Positions 1 to 12,543 of a DNA stretch of 64,000 nt are shown here, in pieces (positions within the stretch are counted from its first letter, which is position 1; each line of letters starts with the position of its first letter). The stretch comes from Saprolegnia diclina VS20 (taxonomy: Eukaryota). Position numbers and translations under genes: made by a program. A model generated the notes under the pieces. The model was not told the origin of the DNA, made no database searches, and was given only the letters and a program-made list of their open reading frames with translations. The stretch covers positions 234,863 to 298,862 of the forward strand of contig NW_008246090.1 of assembly GCF_000281045.1 (NCBI RefSeq), read 5' to 3'.

Positions 1-70
1 CAACTCGGCATGAGAGGCATGAGATATGCCATGTGATCGACTGCAAGGACCCGCTGCTTGGCGTCTGCAT

Positions 71-197
71 GCTGCATGCGATGGTGCGTGACCAAGGCGA
101 TGCGTGTGAGGCTGCATGCGGTGGTGCGTGACCAAGGCGATGCGTGTGAGGCTGCATGCGGTGGTGCGTGACCAAGGCGATGCGTGTGAGGCTGCAT
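71..197. repeat. 40-bp tandem repeat (minisatellite), ~3.2 copies
   Basis: The unit GCTGCATGCG(A/G)TGGTGCGTGACCAAGGCGATGCGTGTGAG occurs at 71-110, 111-150 and 151-190, plus a partial GCTGCAT. There are no spacers. Confidence 0.95.
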
Positions 198-396
198 CGA
201 AAGGTGTCGGTTCGGCCGCGCTGCACCGCCCATCCGAGTGTTGACGAAACAATGGTCGGCGCCGAGGCCGGCGGGCGTACGAACAAGAGCATGTCTTCGC
301 GTTAAGCTAAACCGACGGAAATAGAGCCGATAGCACAAGTGTCGTGTACTCGTCCACGTGCTACCTCATACACTCGTACACGGAGAGTTATGCACC

Positions 397-702
397 TTAG
401 TTGTCGCTCTTCTTGGCCTCTTCTTCGAACGCCAAGCTGCACGTCGTCCAGGTCGCGCCAGCGCCGGCACCCGCACCAAAGCCCGTCAAGGCCGAGCGGC
501 CCGCGCCCGTGCCTAGGTAGAATGTCAATCATCGCAGCCATGGACGTCGAGCAAGAAGCGTACGCGCAAGGACGAGCGACGTCAAGCCGCCGGCGACGAG
601 GCCGGCCGAGAAGTTGACCATGAAGCTCTCGATGCACTTGTCCCACTTCTCGGAGATGCGGTACTCGGACGGGATCTCGGTCTTGGGGGCGGAGGCAGGC
701 AT
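397..702 (-). CDS. MIC10: MICOS complex subunit MIC10 (2 exons; intron 513-563)
   Basis: The spliced product MPASAPKTEIPSEYRISEKWDKCIESF...GLVAGGLTSLVLAR/TGAGRSALTGFGAGAGAGATW carries the SE..KWD.C motif and GxGxGxG transmembrane motif of Mic10/MINOS1. A 51-nt GT-AG intron restores the frame. Confidence 0.85.
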
Positions 703-905
703 GACGACGGCGATGGTTGTTTGTTGCGGAATGTCTACGTCAAGATGGCGGTCGTCGAAATTCGTGGCCAAACGCGCGCTCATTGGTTGAAATCCGTGCA
801 CCACGGCAGTCGACTTTTGACCAATGGCCTTGCAGTAATAAAAGCACTGGCCCTTCTTTCGCCGAGCGGTCCAGTGCTCAAAACCTCGCAACGACTATCA
901 GCAGC
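703..905. promoter_or_regulatory. Bidirectional promoter between two mitochondrial-protein genes, with opposed CCAAT boxes
   Basis: A 203-bp gap separates the divergent ATGs of MIC10 and L9. ATTGG lies at 782-786 and CCAAT at 821-825. Confidence 0.55.
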
Positions 906-1666
906 ATGTTGGCACGCCAAGTCGCGCTCCGCGTTCCTCGCGTCCTCGGCGTCCGCGCCTTCGCGTAGGCTCTTGGCAGTCATGGCGTCGATGGCTCATC
1001 CTGCGTGCATCTAGGAACCGCGTCGACATGGTCTTGAAGGAAGACGTCGCGCAGCTCGGCTTCTCGGGCGACGTCGTCAACGTCAAGGCTGGCTACGCGC
1101 GCAACTTTTTGTACCCGCAAAAGAAGGCAGTGTACGCGACCAAGCTCAACGTGGCCAAGTTTGCGCAGGCCAAGGAGGTCGATGCGTCGATCGATACCGA
1201 GCGCGAGCACGCGCGCGAGAAGATCATCAAGCGCCTCTCGACGATCGAGCTCACGTTCAAGCGCCACTGCCCGACGCCCAAGCCGATGACCAAGTCGTCG
1301 GTCACGGCGCAGAACATTGTCGACATGCTCGAGAAGCAGCATGGCATCGTTGTCGGCATCGCGCGCGTCGTGCTGCCGCAGGAGCTCAAGAGCACGGGCA
1401 ACCACAACGTTAAGATCCGTGTCGACGACGGCATTGACGAAGAGGTCGCGGCCACCAAGGACGCCGAGGCCAAGGTCGAGGCGCCGGTCAACCCGGACGC
1501 GCCGGCGTCCAACACGACGCAGACGATCCTGACGCAGTTCGAGTCGGAGCGCTTCGACACGAAGGCCAAGAAGGACAACAGCACAGAAGCCGCCGTCGCC
1601 GACGAGTTTGTCTCGTCGACGCCCAAGCGCACCGTGAACCTCAAGGTCGTGATCAATAGACGTTAA
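906..1666 (+). CDS. MRPL9: Mitochondrial ribosomal protein L9 (bL9m); intron 965-1014
   Basis: An Arg-rich presequence (MLARQVALRVPRVLGVRAF) is followed by the L9 N-terminal signature LKEDVAQLGFSGDVVNVKAGYARNFLYP. Confidence 0.9.
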
Positions 1667-2391
1667 AATAGCAAATACTAGTTGCCCCCACTTAATACGG
1701 CAACACCCTTTTCACCACAAGTCGCATTGCATAGTGGCTCCGACTACCGTACAACCACCCTGATGCACCTCGCGAATCAACTGCGATGGCGGCCACGTCC
1801 TGCAGCATTCGAGTAGCGGCAGCTGCGATCGCGGTGCGACTTTTCGCCACATCGATGCACTCCAGGCTTTTATAAACGCAGCGTCCAAATTGAACTATCG
1901 CATGGGTGGGCAGGTGTTTGGCTGCGACACTGTGCAGCTTCGAGGTCGCGACAGCTTTTGCTCTCAGCCCACGCTCGGTGACCACAAGGCCACGTCAGCG
2001 CGACGCCCCGACCTCCCACTCATATATCCCTCGATTCGGTCGCCCTTGCCTACTGCTTCTTCTCTGGGCTTCGCCAAATCATTTTCAAGCTACACCAGTG
2101 AGTATAGTGGACGGCAAAGGTTGGGCTCATGTCATGCTGTCATCCGAAATACTGACCGTCGCAACTCGGTCGCTATTGGCCCGTATCACTCCTCGCACGA
2201 CAACACCCCTCAGCGATGCAGCCTTTCCTCAAGTATTTGGGAAATTCGACCTCTCTCCAGCTGTGGCTAACGTCTCTTGCTCATCGATGGCTCGTCCGAC
2301 TTTGCACTTTTGGCCACTTCAACTTGAAACCTCTCGGATTGCATACGCACCATTTCATATCTTTCAACCTTTTACACTTTATATTCGGCAG

Positions 2392-5300
2392 CTACAGCGT
2401 CGGGAGGCCGTAGACGATCGGGTTGTAGAGCACACGGCCTTTCAATGGCACGCTCTTGACGGTGCTCCGGGCCTGCGACTTGGGCGCGTGGGCAAGATAC
2501 CACGTGTCACCGACGCGGCGAATCGCTTTGGCGAGCGGTACGTTCTTGGCCATGAGCCCGAGCGTCGTCGTGACGCTGCGGTGGTTGGCGAGAAATGACG
2601 ACGCCCACTGGTTGCACACGACGCTGTTGACGCCGGCGAGCGAGAAGAGCACGACACTGTTGAAGCTGTCTTCGAGGCTCAGCATCTCCTTCGACTTGTG
2701 CGTATCGCTCTTGCTCTGCCGGCGGTAGCTCGCGTAGTTCTCCATGCGGCTTGCGCCCCACACGAGATTGCACTTGGTCGCGTTCAGGCCCGCGAGGTGC
2801 GATGGGCTAAAGTGCGCGAGCGTCCGGTTTGGGCCGTAGTAGAGGAGGCCGCCGCCATGGCGCCCCGTGAGCGCCACCTGCCACTCGCCGACGCTCGGCA
2901 CGCACTTTTGGCCCGTGAGCCCGCGCCACTGGAAGCTCGGGATCGTCTTGATCGCGTGCACAGTCGCTACAAAAATAGAAGCCGTGTTCGATTTTTGTGT
3001 TCGAAATTTGGTTCGATTTTTTGACGTACGTGCAATCGATGTAAGCGGCGACTCTGCGGGGTCGTCGTGGCGAGGGTCCGCGATGAAGAAGAGGTCGTCG
3101 CGCTTGAACGGTAGCGCCTTCATGCTTGCGTAGCGCTGCGCGAGGAGGTGCACGGAGAGGTCGCGCGCGTCGCCGCCTTCCAGCAGCGCCTCGAACGGAA
3201 CAAGCTCGAGCGACGGGTCCACGAGAAGCAGCGTGAGCATGTCGTCCTTGGTCTTTGGCGGAAAGCTCTCGGTGAAGCAGTGCAAGAACGAGCCAAAGAG
3301 CGTCCGGGCTTCCTCCACCAGCGACTGGAACGTCGCTTCGAACGGGTCGTCGTGGCCGTCGTTGGTCGCATACTCAAATTCGTCCGACTCACCGTACGGC
3401 AAGTCGCTGTACTGCAAAAGCTGCTTGACACTACCCACGCGCATGGCTCGGAGCTTGGCTAATAGCTCGCGCAAGGCCAGACGCCGCGGTCGGTGGAGCT
3501 CCATGCGTGCGACAACCGGCGTCGCAGCCCCACCGGTGAGGCTGCCAAAGAGGTACTTGCCGTCGAGCGAGAGTTGGAGACTCAGTAGCATGTAGTTGGG
3601 CGGCAGGCTCGCGAGGACCTAGTCGACTATGTCAGTTGATCGACTAGAGTGATCGTAGACAAACAGCATCAATGTCGGCAGTGACTTGGAGGCGACGCCA
3701 CGTCTCCGACTGCGACTCGAGGAAGAGCTTGGCGAGCTGCCCGGGGATGCTTGTCGCGGGTAGCTGCTGCGTTCGCTGCATGAAGAGCGACGGGCGGTTC
3801 GTGGGCTCGGCTGCCTGGTAGAATACCGACTCGGCATACGCACTCGCGACGCAGCTTTGGAACCTACGCGCCAACTCAGTTCATTTCTTTCAACAGGCTT
3901 GTGGATACCAGAGCAAGTATTTGGCCGCGAGGAGCGGTTGCTGGCAGCCATACACCTGCAGGAGCTCGTAGCATGTGTGTTTGATGGCGCGGCGATGCTG
4001 CGCTTTCACGGCCGACGCCAGCAGCTGTGTGAGGTACCGCGCAACGTCGTCGACCTTTGCCTCGGTCGCCAACGAGGTTGTGCCCGTGCTGCATGCAATC
4101 CCTTGCTTTCGCAGCGTGTCCTGGCCATAGACCCATGCTTCGTACGTCGGTGGGAGGTGCAGGCGAAGGCACTGGCCGACGCCGGCTGCCGACAGCCAAT
4201 GCGTCGGATCCAGCTGGAGACTCGTAGAGAAGTACAAGAGCGCTTTTTGCGCCGGCGGCACACACATTTCTTCTGGTGTCTTGGGCGTCTTGGGTGCTGT
4301 GTGCGCGAGCCAAAGTTCCACGAGGTTCTTCTTCGCATCGCTCTCGACCTGGTAGACGACCATGCGCGTCTCGTCTTGAACCATACTGGCGGCCACATCG
4401 ACGCACCCGAGCTCGTACTTGATCTGCGCCAACCGCGTTTGCAGCACGGGCTCGTGCGACGCCAGCGCCCAGAGCGACTCGATGTACGCGTGTGCACTGA
4501 GCAGCTGCGATCGAGCGTCGTCCAAGAGATTCACGTCGGTATCGATCGGGTTCCACGTCATACTGCGGTCGTGCAAGAGGACACCGTATGCCTGAAGAGT
4601 GTCGGCCATGACGACGTTGCCTCCGAGTGGCAAGAGCCGGCTGCAGCTCTCACTGAAGAGCCGCGTCGCTTCGGCCCAGATCGGCTGCCACTCACCGCCG
4701 GTCGCCAGCAGACTCTGGCTTTCCTGGACGAGCACGGTGGCGTACATGGCCTCCAGCTGAGAAAGGCACGTGATCGAGTCGAGGTCCATCAGATGCGCCT
4801 TGTCGTCGCCCACGACCGCGCGTGCGACGGGCGAGAGTGGGATCAACTGCAGCTGGCTCACGGCGTGCCGGCCGGCCGCAACAACATCTTTAGCATCTTT
4901 GATGCGCTTCATCTTGGAGTAGAGCGACGCAAGGGCTAGCACGTACTTGGTATAAGCTTGCACGTCGAGGTTGGGCGTCCCGACGGCACTCGTTAAATGG
5001 CGCAAGGCCATCGCGAGGTCGCCTTCCCGCGCGTGGAGCTGGCCAGCGCAATAGTCGGCCCACGCCGCTCCGCTCGGCTCGTCGTTGGCTGGTAGCGCCG
5101 CCAAGAGCTGCTTGACTTGCAAGTGAAAGCCGCTCGCGAGCAAAAGCTCAACCATTTCGAGGCCCAGATCCACGACATTGTACTTTGAAAACAGCAGCTT
5201 GCGTCGCCGGAGGAGGTCGGACGCGGTGCTGTGGGCGAGCGCCTTGTCCGAAGTCGGGACGCCTTGCTGCCCCCGAAGCGCCTCGATCGCGCGCTTGAGA

Positions 5301-8300
5301 TAGACCTGGCTCGGCTCGATAAAGGCCATAGCTTCCAGCACGGAGGCAAGCCGAAGATCCAGTAAAATCGGAAGCAGCGTTAGGTCCCCGAGGGTCGACG
5401 ACGCCGACGACTTGGTGCCATGTGCGATCGCATGCGCCAAGTGCAAACACGGGAGCACGTGGGTGTGGAGGCACTGGCTCACTGCCAGTTCGATGAGCTG
5501 GAGAAGGTAGTGCAACGTCAGCGTCGGTTGCGTCACGTTTTCGGGGTGCAGTGTCAGCGCAGAGAGCTTTGCCGCCGGCGTCTCACCGCAGAGTCTCGCC
5601 AAGTGCGGGGTCGTGTCAAGCTTGGCCCACTCGGTCGCAGACGTCGGCAGTGTAAACGACGGCGCAACGCCCGACTGGCCTCTCCACACGTCAAAGTCCG
5701 ACTCGATTTTTTCGCCGGTTTGCTGCTGCGAGTAGCTCTCAAAGGCCGCTTGGAGCTCGAGCAAATGAAGCTCCTCGAACAGCACGTGCCAGATCTTGAG
5801 TACGTGCCCAAGACCCGCAAGAATGTACTCGAGACGCTCGGCGAACGAGTGCGCGGCGGTCGCCAACATCACGTAGCCGCGCAATGCAATGTCGAGGTGC
5901 CACCACTGCGCAACGACCGAGTCGTCCTTCTTCTTTTTGGCTTTGGCGCGCTTGGTCGCGCCCTTCTCGTTCGTCGGCAGAGCGTCCTTCCAGATGAGCG
6001 ACAAGACCAGGCCTAATGCCGTGTGGATCTGGTCGTGGACGTCGTCAAGGGGAAACTGGTTGGTGTACAACCACTCGGCAATCTCGAGCTGGAATTGCGC
6101 TTGCTCCGGCATGCCACCGAGGTCTTTGACGGTGCGGAAGAGCGCCTTGTACTGCGCGGCCGCGTCGGTCGAGGACGCTGCGACGCGCTTGGCGACGCGC
6201 GCCTGGAGCAAGACGTCGTTGTCCTTCATTTTTGCAAAGCCGTCTTGCACCGACTTGCCCAGTTTGCTCATAAAGATGACGCGGTACTGCCACAGCGGGC
6301 GCTGGTAGTAGGCTGGAATCGATGCAAACGCGGCTTCGACAGCGTCGAGACCAGGCTCCCAGAGATGCAGCTCTTCGTACACATCGAGGAGCGCGCAGAT
6401 AAACTCGAGGCGGAAGCCCCAGTCGGACGCTGCGCCGGCCGCCTCCAAGTGCGCGAGCATGCGCTGCAAGTCGGGCAAGAGCTTGCGCCGAAAAGACGGG
6501 TTCGGTGAGCCGTTCGCATCCAGAATGTCGAGCACGCCGTTCCACATCACCATGGCCGCGCGCTCGACGAGGCGGGGGTTCCCCGCACGCACCCCAAACT
6601 CGGCGCCGAGAAGCAAATGCTGCACCGCAAAGAGCGCTACACATCACCATCGTGCATCGTATCTTGTATTCGAAATGCGCGCGTACCGAGTTCGTGCTTG
6701 ATGTCGCGCTCTTGCGTCTCGGTGCCGCTCGCAAGATCCAATATCGCTGTCGCCCACACGGTCTGCGCCAGCGCGTACCAGCGCCAGATGGCGGGAAGGA
6801 GCAGTCCAGGCGGAATGTCACTAGCCGCCAACGGAGCTAACGCGAGCTCACAAAACTTTTGCGCTTCGTGCGAGCGCTCGAGAACGACGGCGGTCTTGGC
6901 GAGGCGCACCCACACTTCAGCGTGGAACTCGCGCTTTTGCTGGTCGAGCTCGAGACACGTCTCCTTCGCGGCCAAGTGGTCGACCGCAAACGGCGTCCAG
7001 AGACTGGTCGCCTTCTGGAAGAGCGCAAGGGTCTTGTCCATTACCACTTTGACATCCGCTTCGTCACTGCGCAGATCGTTCTGCAGTGCGTCGAGGAGCG
7101 TGAGGCAGCTCACGACCTTCATCGGCACGTTCTCGCCCACGATCGGCTCCTTGGCGCCGCGGTCGAGCTGAACGCGCGTCTTGATCTCAGTGAGCGCCTT
7201 GCGCTGCAGAATTGCGAGCCCGGGAATCTTGAGGACGGCGTCCACAGTTGCCTCGATCTCGTTGAACTTGCCGTCGTAGAGACGCGTGAGCCCTTGGGCA
7301 ACGCTCGCCAAGAGCGGCAAATGGTACGCAACGCCGTCCAAACTCAAGAGCGCATGGAACGCCTTCTCCATGGCCGTGACAAGTTCGGGCAGGACGAGGT
7401 CGAGGTCGAGTGGGGATGGGCCAAAGAGGCCGTAGTGGTAGTTCCACAGGTACGTGGCCGCGTTATGGATCACATGTGTAGCTTTTGTGTCGAGCCCACG
7501 CTGCATACCCTTGAGAATCTCGTCAACGACGTGCCGCTTGCAGTCGTTCCATGCACTGAGGACGTCGTCGGGTGCGTCGCCCGCCTTGACAAGCAGCCCA
7601 AGCCGTCCGTCCAAGCTCGGGCTCTCCTGCTTGAGCTTTTGCATTTCGAGCGTATATGTCTCGGCGAGCACGAAGTGCAAACTCGCTTGCTGAACAGCTT
7701 CCAAGTCGACAAGCGAAAACACATATTTGTGGGCCCGGCTCGCGCCGCGTCGCGTGGTCTCGATGGCCTTGACGTCCCACGCGAGGGTCGCAATGTCGTA
7801 CCAGAGCGCAAATCGCTTCTTGAGAACGTCCTTCTCGAGGGTCAGCGGCGACTCGGGCGCCGACGCATCCAAGAGCGTCACGGCTTTGTTGAGCCACGTG
7901 AGCTTCATGTGCTTGTCGTGCGACTCCTTGGACTGCTCGACGTAGATGAGCGCTTGGTCTTCGACCGCGTCTGGCTCGCCATAGAGATTCGACTTGAGGT
8001 CCAGCACGCGCTTCATCGGGAGCAGAAATTTATCAAACGGCCGGACTGCGCGCTCGGCACTCGTCGCACTCGGCGTCTTGGGCTTGGTGCTAGTATGGTT
8101 CGCGCTCTCATCGCTCGTCGCCGCTTCGCCATAGTCGAGGAGTAGCGCCTTGTTGACGTGCACGGACGCTTTGGCGAGGTAGTCGCACTTCATCTCGCAT
8201 TTCGCGGTCTCCAAGTGCATTTGCGCACGGAGCGTCACCAGCGGCGAGTCGAGCTCTTCTAACAGCGACGTGGTCGCCGTGAAGAGCCGGTGGACGTGCT

Positions 8301-9689
8301 TGCGTAAGTGCGGCTCTAGCAGCGGCAGCGCGACGTTCCACGCGTAGATGCAAATGTCCTGCATGAGGTGCGCATCCCCCACGCGCTTGGCGGCTGTGAG
8401 CGAGCGCTCAAGGAGCTTGACGCCTTCGACGTGGTGGCTCAAGCGCGCGGCCTCGCGCTGCCGGGCGTCCAAGTTGGCCGCGTCCGCCTTCTCGAGCAGG
8501 TGCACGAAACAACGCAGCACATCGACGAGGATGCGCGCGCGGGCCGAGACGCGCTTGTTCTCATGCACGAGGCCCTCGACGATGCGGACGACCTCGAGCT
8601 GGTGCTGAAAGACACCGAGGAGCCCGACTTCAACGAGGTTGTCCCAGTCGACGCTGCCTTCGGGAAGCGCAGGAAACGTGTCGAGCGGTTTGTGCAGAAA
8701 GGTCTCGAGTTTGGCTTTGGTCACGAGTTCAAAGAGCTCTGCAAACGCGGCGGGCAGTGCTTCGGGCAATACGATCTTGCTCTTGATGGCTTGGATCGCA
8801 TAGAGCGTCTGTGCCCGGCGTGTCACCATGTTCTTCTTGGCGGCCGCTAACCCTTTGGCGCACTCGGGGTCCTTGTGGCGCCCGAGGTGGATTTGCAAAA
8901 AGCACGCCTCTTCAAACAAGAGGACGTTGGCCGGTGCGTTCTTGGAGAGCTGCACGAGTGCTAACGCGTGCTCGCAGGCTTCGAGCGCGACCTTGCCGGC
9001 CTTCGCGAGCTGGTTGTCGTCGTCGTACGCCGCTGCGAGCGTGAGTTCAAACCGAATGAGCCACGCTTTGTTGGCGTCGTTGATGCTCTTGAGGCCGTCG
9101 AGAAGCGCGGCGAGCGACTCGATGAGGTGCTTGCTCGTGCGCGGCCGCAAGAGCGGGCGGGCCACGTGCCAGTACGCGACACTGGCATTGTAGACCAAAA
9201 AATCGTAGTGTGGGCGGCTGCTCGGCTCGAGCGCGAGCTTGAGCGCAACGAGGATCCAGTGGATGGCATACTGGACCTGTCCGACGCAGCTCTGCCCGGT
9301 GAGCGCGCGAGCCTTGGCGCCGAGGTACGTTGCCCGCACCAAGAGTGCCCGGCAGTAAAACTACGAGGTAAACGTTCGACACCATGGCATGCGAATGCGA
9401 GGAGTACCTGGTCCTTGGGATACGCGAGGGTGAGATACCACTCGATGCAAGCCTCGGCCGTGCCCATCTCGCTCTGCTTGAGCGCGACCTCGGCGATGCA
9501 CGGCAAGAGCTCGGTGAGGCGCAGCTGGTCCTCGGGCACGTTCCCGAGCGATGTCCATTGCTGCACCTTGGCGAGCAGCGCCGAAGCCTGAACGATGGTG
9601 CGTGGCGCGGCGGTCGGTGGCGGCGGCGGGCCGTCGAGCTCCTTGTTGATCTCGGCGAGCGCCCGACGCAGCTCCAGGTCCAGCGCCAT
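2392..9689 (-). CDS. CFAP46: Cilia- and flagella-associated protein 46 (CFAP46/TTC40)-like, multi-exon
   Basis: Consecutive long minus-strand ORFs (901, 911 and 399 aa) are joined by short introns. The N-terminal YDFLVYNASVAYWHVARPLL matches the recalled CFAP46 motif YFLVYNASVLYWQMVRPFL. The C-terminus is CHAT-like (LLYYG...LFSLAGVNSVVCNQW...IVYGLP). Confidence 0.8.
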
Positions 9690-9842
9690 GACCTCGCAAA
9701 ATGACCTTTCAAGATTTGCAAATGGCCAATGAAAAGCAGCAAGAATTTTCGACAATTTGAAAACAAAAATGTCATGAAATGGCACTAAAAGTCGTATATA
9801 TTGGAGTTTTGGAGTTAGCAAATTGGAAAAAGCAAGAGGGAT

Positions 9843-11539
9843 TTAGAGATCGTCGACGTTGAGGCCGTGCGACGCGTTGGCTTCCGTGATCGAGAGGATC
9901 TCGACCTCGTTCTCTTCAATCTTCATGTCGTCAAGCAGTTCTTCGACCGGAATGACACCCGTGCCCTCGTCGTCGTCCTCCATGTCCTGGTCGTCGCCCG
10001 CCTTGTCGTCGTCGACCTTGTAAATGTTGATCTTCGAACGCATCTCCTTGTCGTCCTCGAGCTCGTCCAAGAAATGCTGGTAGTCCATCTCGGTCTTGGT
10101 CTGCTCGGCCTTCTTGACCGGGACCGCCGACTCGATGCCTTCAATGTTCTTGAGCTTCCAGTTGCGGCTGCGCTTCTGGACGCGGCGGAGGAACTGCTTG
10201 CGGACAAGGATGACGTCGGGAAGCGTAATGCCTGCCTCGTCGAGCGGCTTGGTGTCCGAGTCGTTAAAGACCGACGTCGAGAGGTCGTAGCCCATGGCCG
10301 TGTCGCCGACGTTCAAAAGCATGCCGAGGTGCGTCGTCGTCTGGAAGCGCGTGTCGTTGACGCCAAAGTCCGAGTTGCGGACGATCTCCATCTCGGCGAG
10401 GCGCGTCTTGCGGTTCGTGCGCACCGGGACGCCGCCGAGCGTCGGGATCTGGAGCGGGTTCGAGTCCAGCACCGTGTACTCGACGAGCTGCTTGGACGAC
10501 CGGAGCGCCTTGAACGGGTACCGCCAGTACTTGTCGTTGTCGATCTCCGCGCGCTGCATCGTGAACGGGTCAATCACGTGGATCGACGACGTGACTTGCG
10601 TCACAATGCAGAGCGACGAGATGTTGCCGAGCTGGCGCGCGAGCTTGAGCGGGAGCGCGACAAGGTCGTCCTTGCAGACCGTCGCGAGGTCCACGGCATA
10701 CGTAAACTTGTAGTTGGCCGTGTTGCTGTGGTTATCGGCCGAAATGAGCTTCTTGGCCGTCTTGAGCCTAGCGAGTTGCATAAGTTGTTGGCAATACCCA
10801 AGACAATAATGTACTTGATCGGGACCGTCTCGGACAAAAAGTCGACAAAGCGCAGCGCGTGGTTGCGCTCGACAAAGAAGAAGTCGACACCGTCCGGGTG
10901 CGACTCGATCGACGACGTCTTCTCGTGCACGCGGTGCTTGAGAATGAGCTGCTCGAGGTAGAAGAACGTGCGCTTGTGGTCGACCTTTTGGCGGACTTGG
11001 ACAACCGCCTTCCACGAGTTGTTGGTGAACGAGGCTTGGCACTCGTCGCACTGCTGGTTGCGCACGATAAAGGTAACGACAAACGACTGCTGGAGGATCG
11101 CGCCGTTCATGACCTCCTTCTGCACCGTGAGCTTGAGCTTGAGACGCTTCGAGTGCGGCTCGGTCCAGACCCAGCCCGCGTCCACGAGCTTGACCTTGTT
11201 GAGGCCCGAGATCTTCTTGAGGCAGATGGCGAGAAGCTCACGCGACTCGAGCTCCGCCGCGACCCACGGCGGGCGCGACCACCTAATATGTTGCGTCACA
11301 TGCATGCAGCGTCAAGAGCGAGCGTACTTGAGGCAGCCACGGCACTGGTGCATGATGATTTCCTTGGGAATGCCCTCGGTCACATCAACCTGGCCCTTGA
11401 GGCAGCTCACGCACATGTTGGCGGCGTTGGCCTTGATGGGCACCGCGCACATGCAACATAGGCTAGAGGTACATGAGCATCTCCATCGTCCATGGGGGGC
11501 GTACATGTTGGGCAGCGACTGCTCGGGCACGTGCAACAT
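9843..11539 (-). CDS. NMD3: 60S ribosomal export protein NMD3, multi-exon
   Basis: Zn-knuckles CCMC..., CVSC, CRGC and CDEC are present, along with ELESRELLAICLKKI, VDAGWVWTEPHSKRLK and VQVRQKVDHKRTFFYLEQLILKH. Confidence 0.95.
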
Positions 11540-12203
11540 CGTCAGCGTCGAAGAATCGTTGATTGGCACTCTAAATTCCCAGAGCCAATCCTTTCCCGTT
11601 TTCAGCTGGAAATGGCTGGTGGCCTATGCGGCGCACCGATTGGCCAAAAACAATATCCATGGACCAATCGCGGACCGCGATCGTGCTTGAAATAGTGTGC
11701 AAATAGCCCTCCACACGAACACGGCGCCATTGGCACCATCCGAGGACTTCGCGCTCGTATCTCTTGCATATCAAAGGTGTTTTATTGCTTCTTTTTGAGC
11801 TGGAGCGTACGCTGTGCGCGGGACACACGGGTTTGGAACGCTGTCACGAATGTGTCTCTATCTAAATAATGTCGAAAACGAAAGGACAGTTGGATGGATA
11901 GCGACTTGATCGACACCAGTCCATGGATACTTGTGTGTATCTTTGTGCTCTCTACCGCATCAATGCAGTCGGTCGTCGACGTGTGCGAGCTTGCCGTTGT
12001 CTTGGTGGCATCGTCTCGCGCTTCTTGACAAATAGCCGGCGCGCTCGCCGACAACACTATTTTTGGTTTGGCGCCACCCACCAGGCCGTGTTCGGTGGTC
12101 GTGGTTTCATTGGCCAAAAAGAAAAGAATTTGGACAAATCACGTGTGGCAAAGGATCGAGCTTGCTCATTGGAGCAGTGTCGAAAAACCCAGCAACCAGA
12201 AGG

Positions 12204-12419
12204 ATGGATGGCATGACCCCAGCTCCGACGCCCGGCCTTGGCGGCGGCCAGGACATCTCTGGCGCGCAGGTCAAGGACCCCGAGATCAAGTACATCTGCG
12301 GTGACTGCGGCATCGTCAACTACCTCGCAGCCCGCGACCCGATCCGCTGCCGCGCCTGCGGCTACCGCATCATGTACAAGGCCCGCACCAAGCGCCTGAT
12401 CCAGTTCGAGGCCCGGTAA
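12204..12419 (+). CDS. RPB12: RNA polymerases I/II/III shared subunit RPABC4 (RPB12)
   Basis: YICGDCG...[27 protein letters not shown] is the RPB12/POLR2K signature. Confidence 0.95.
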   Translation: MDGMTPAPTPGLGGGQDISGAQVKDPEIKYICGDCGIVNYLAARDPIRCRACGYRIMYKARTKRLIQFEAR

Positions 12420-12543
12420 ACGCGCCTCCTGTTACATATAAGAAAAGACTAAGTCGACTTCCGTAAGACGAATTCATATCACCATCATCCTATGCAAGCC
12501 ATGTCTTATCGTGTGTTAAATGCAGTCTCCTTGGCCATGTCGC

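Noticed and set aside
71..197. Possible CRISPR array
   Set aside because: The units are directly adjacent with no unique spacers, the context is eukaryotic, and there are no cas genes.
1692..2390. ORFs between the convergent L9 and CFAP46 genes
   Set aside because: They have non-ATG starts, non-coding-like codon usage and no motifs.
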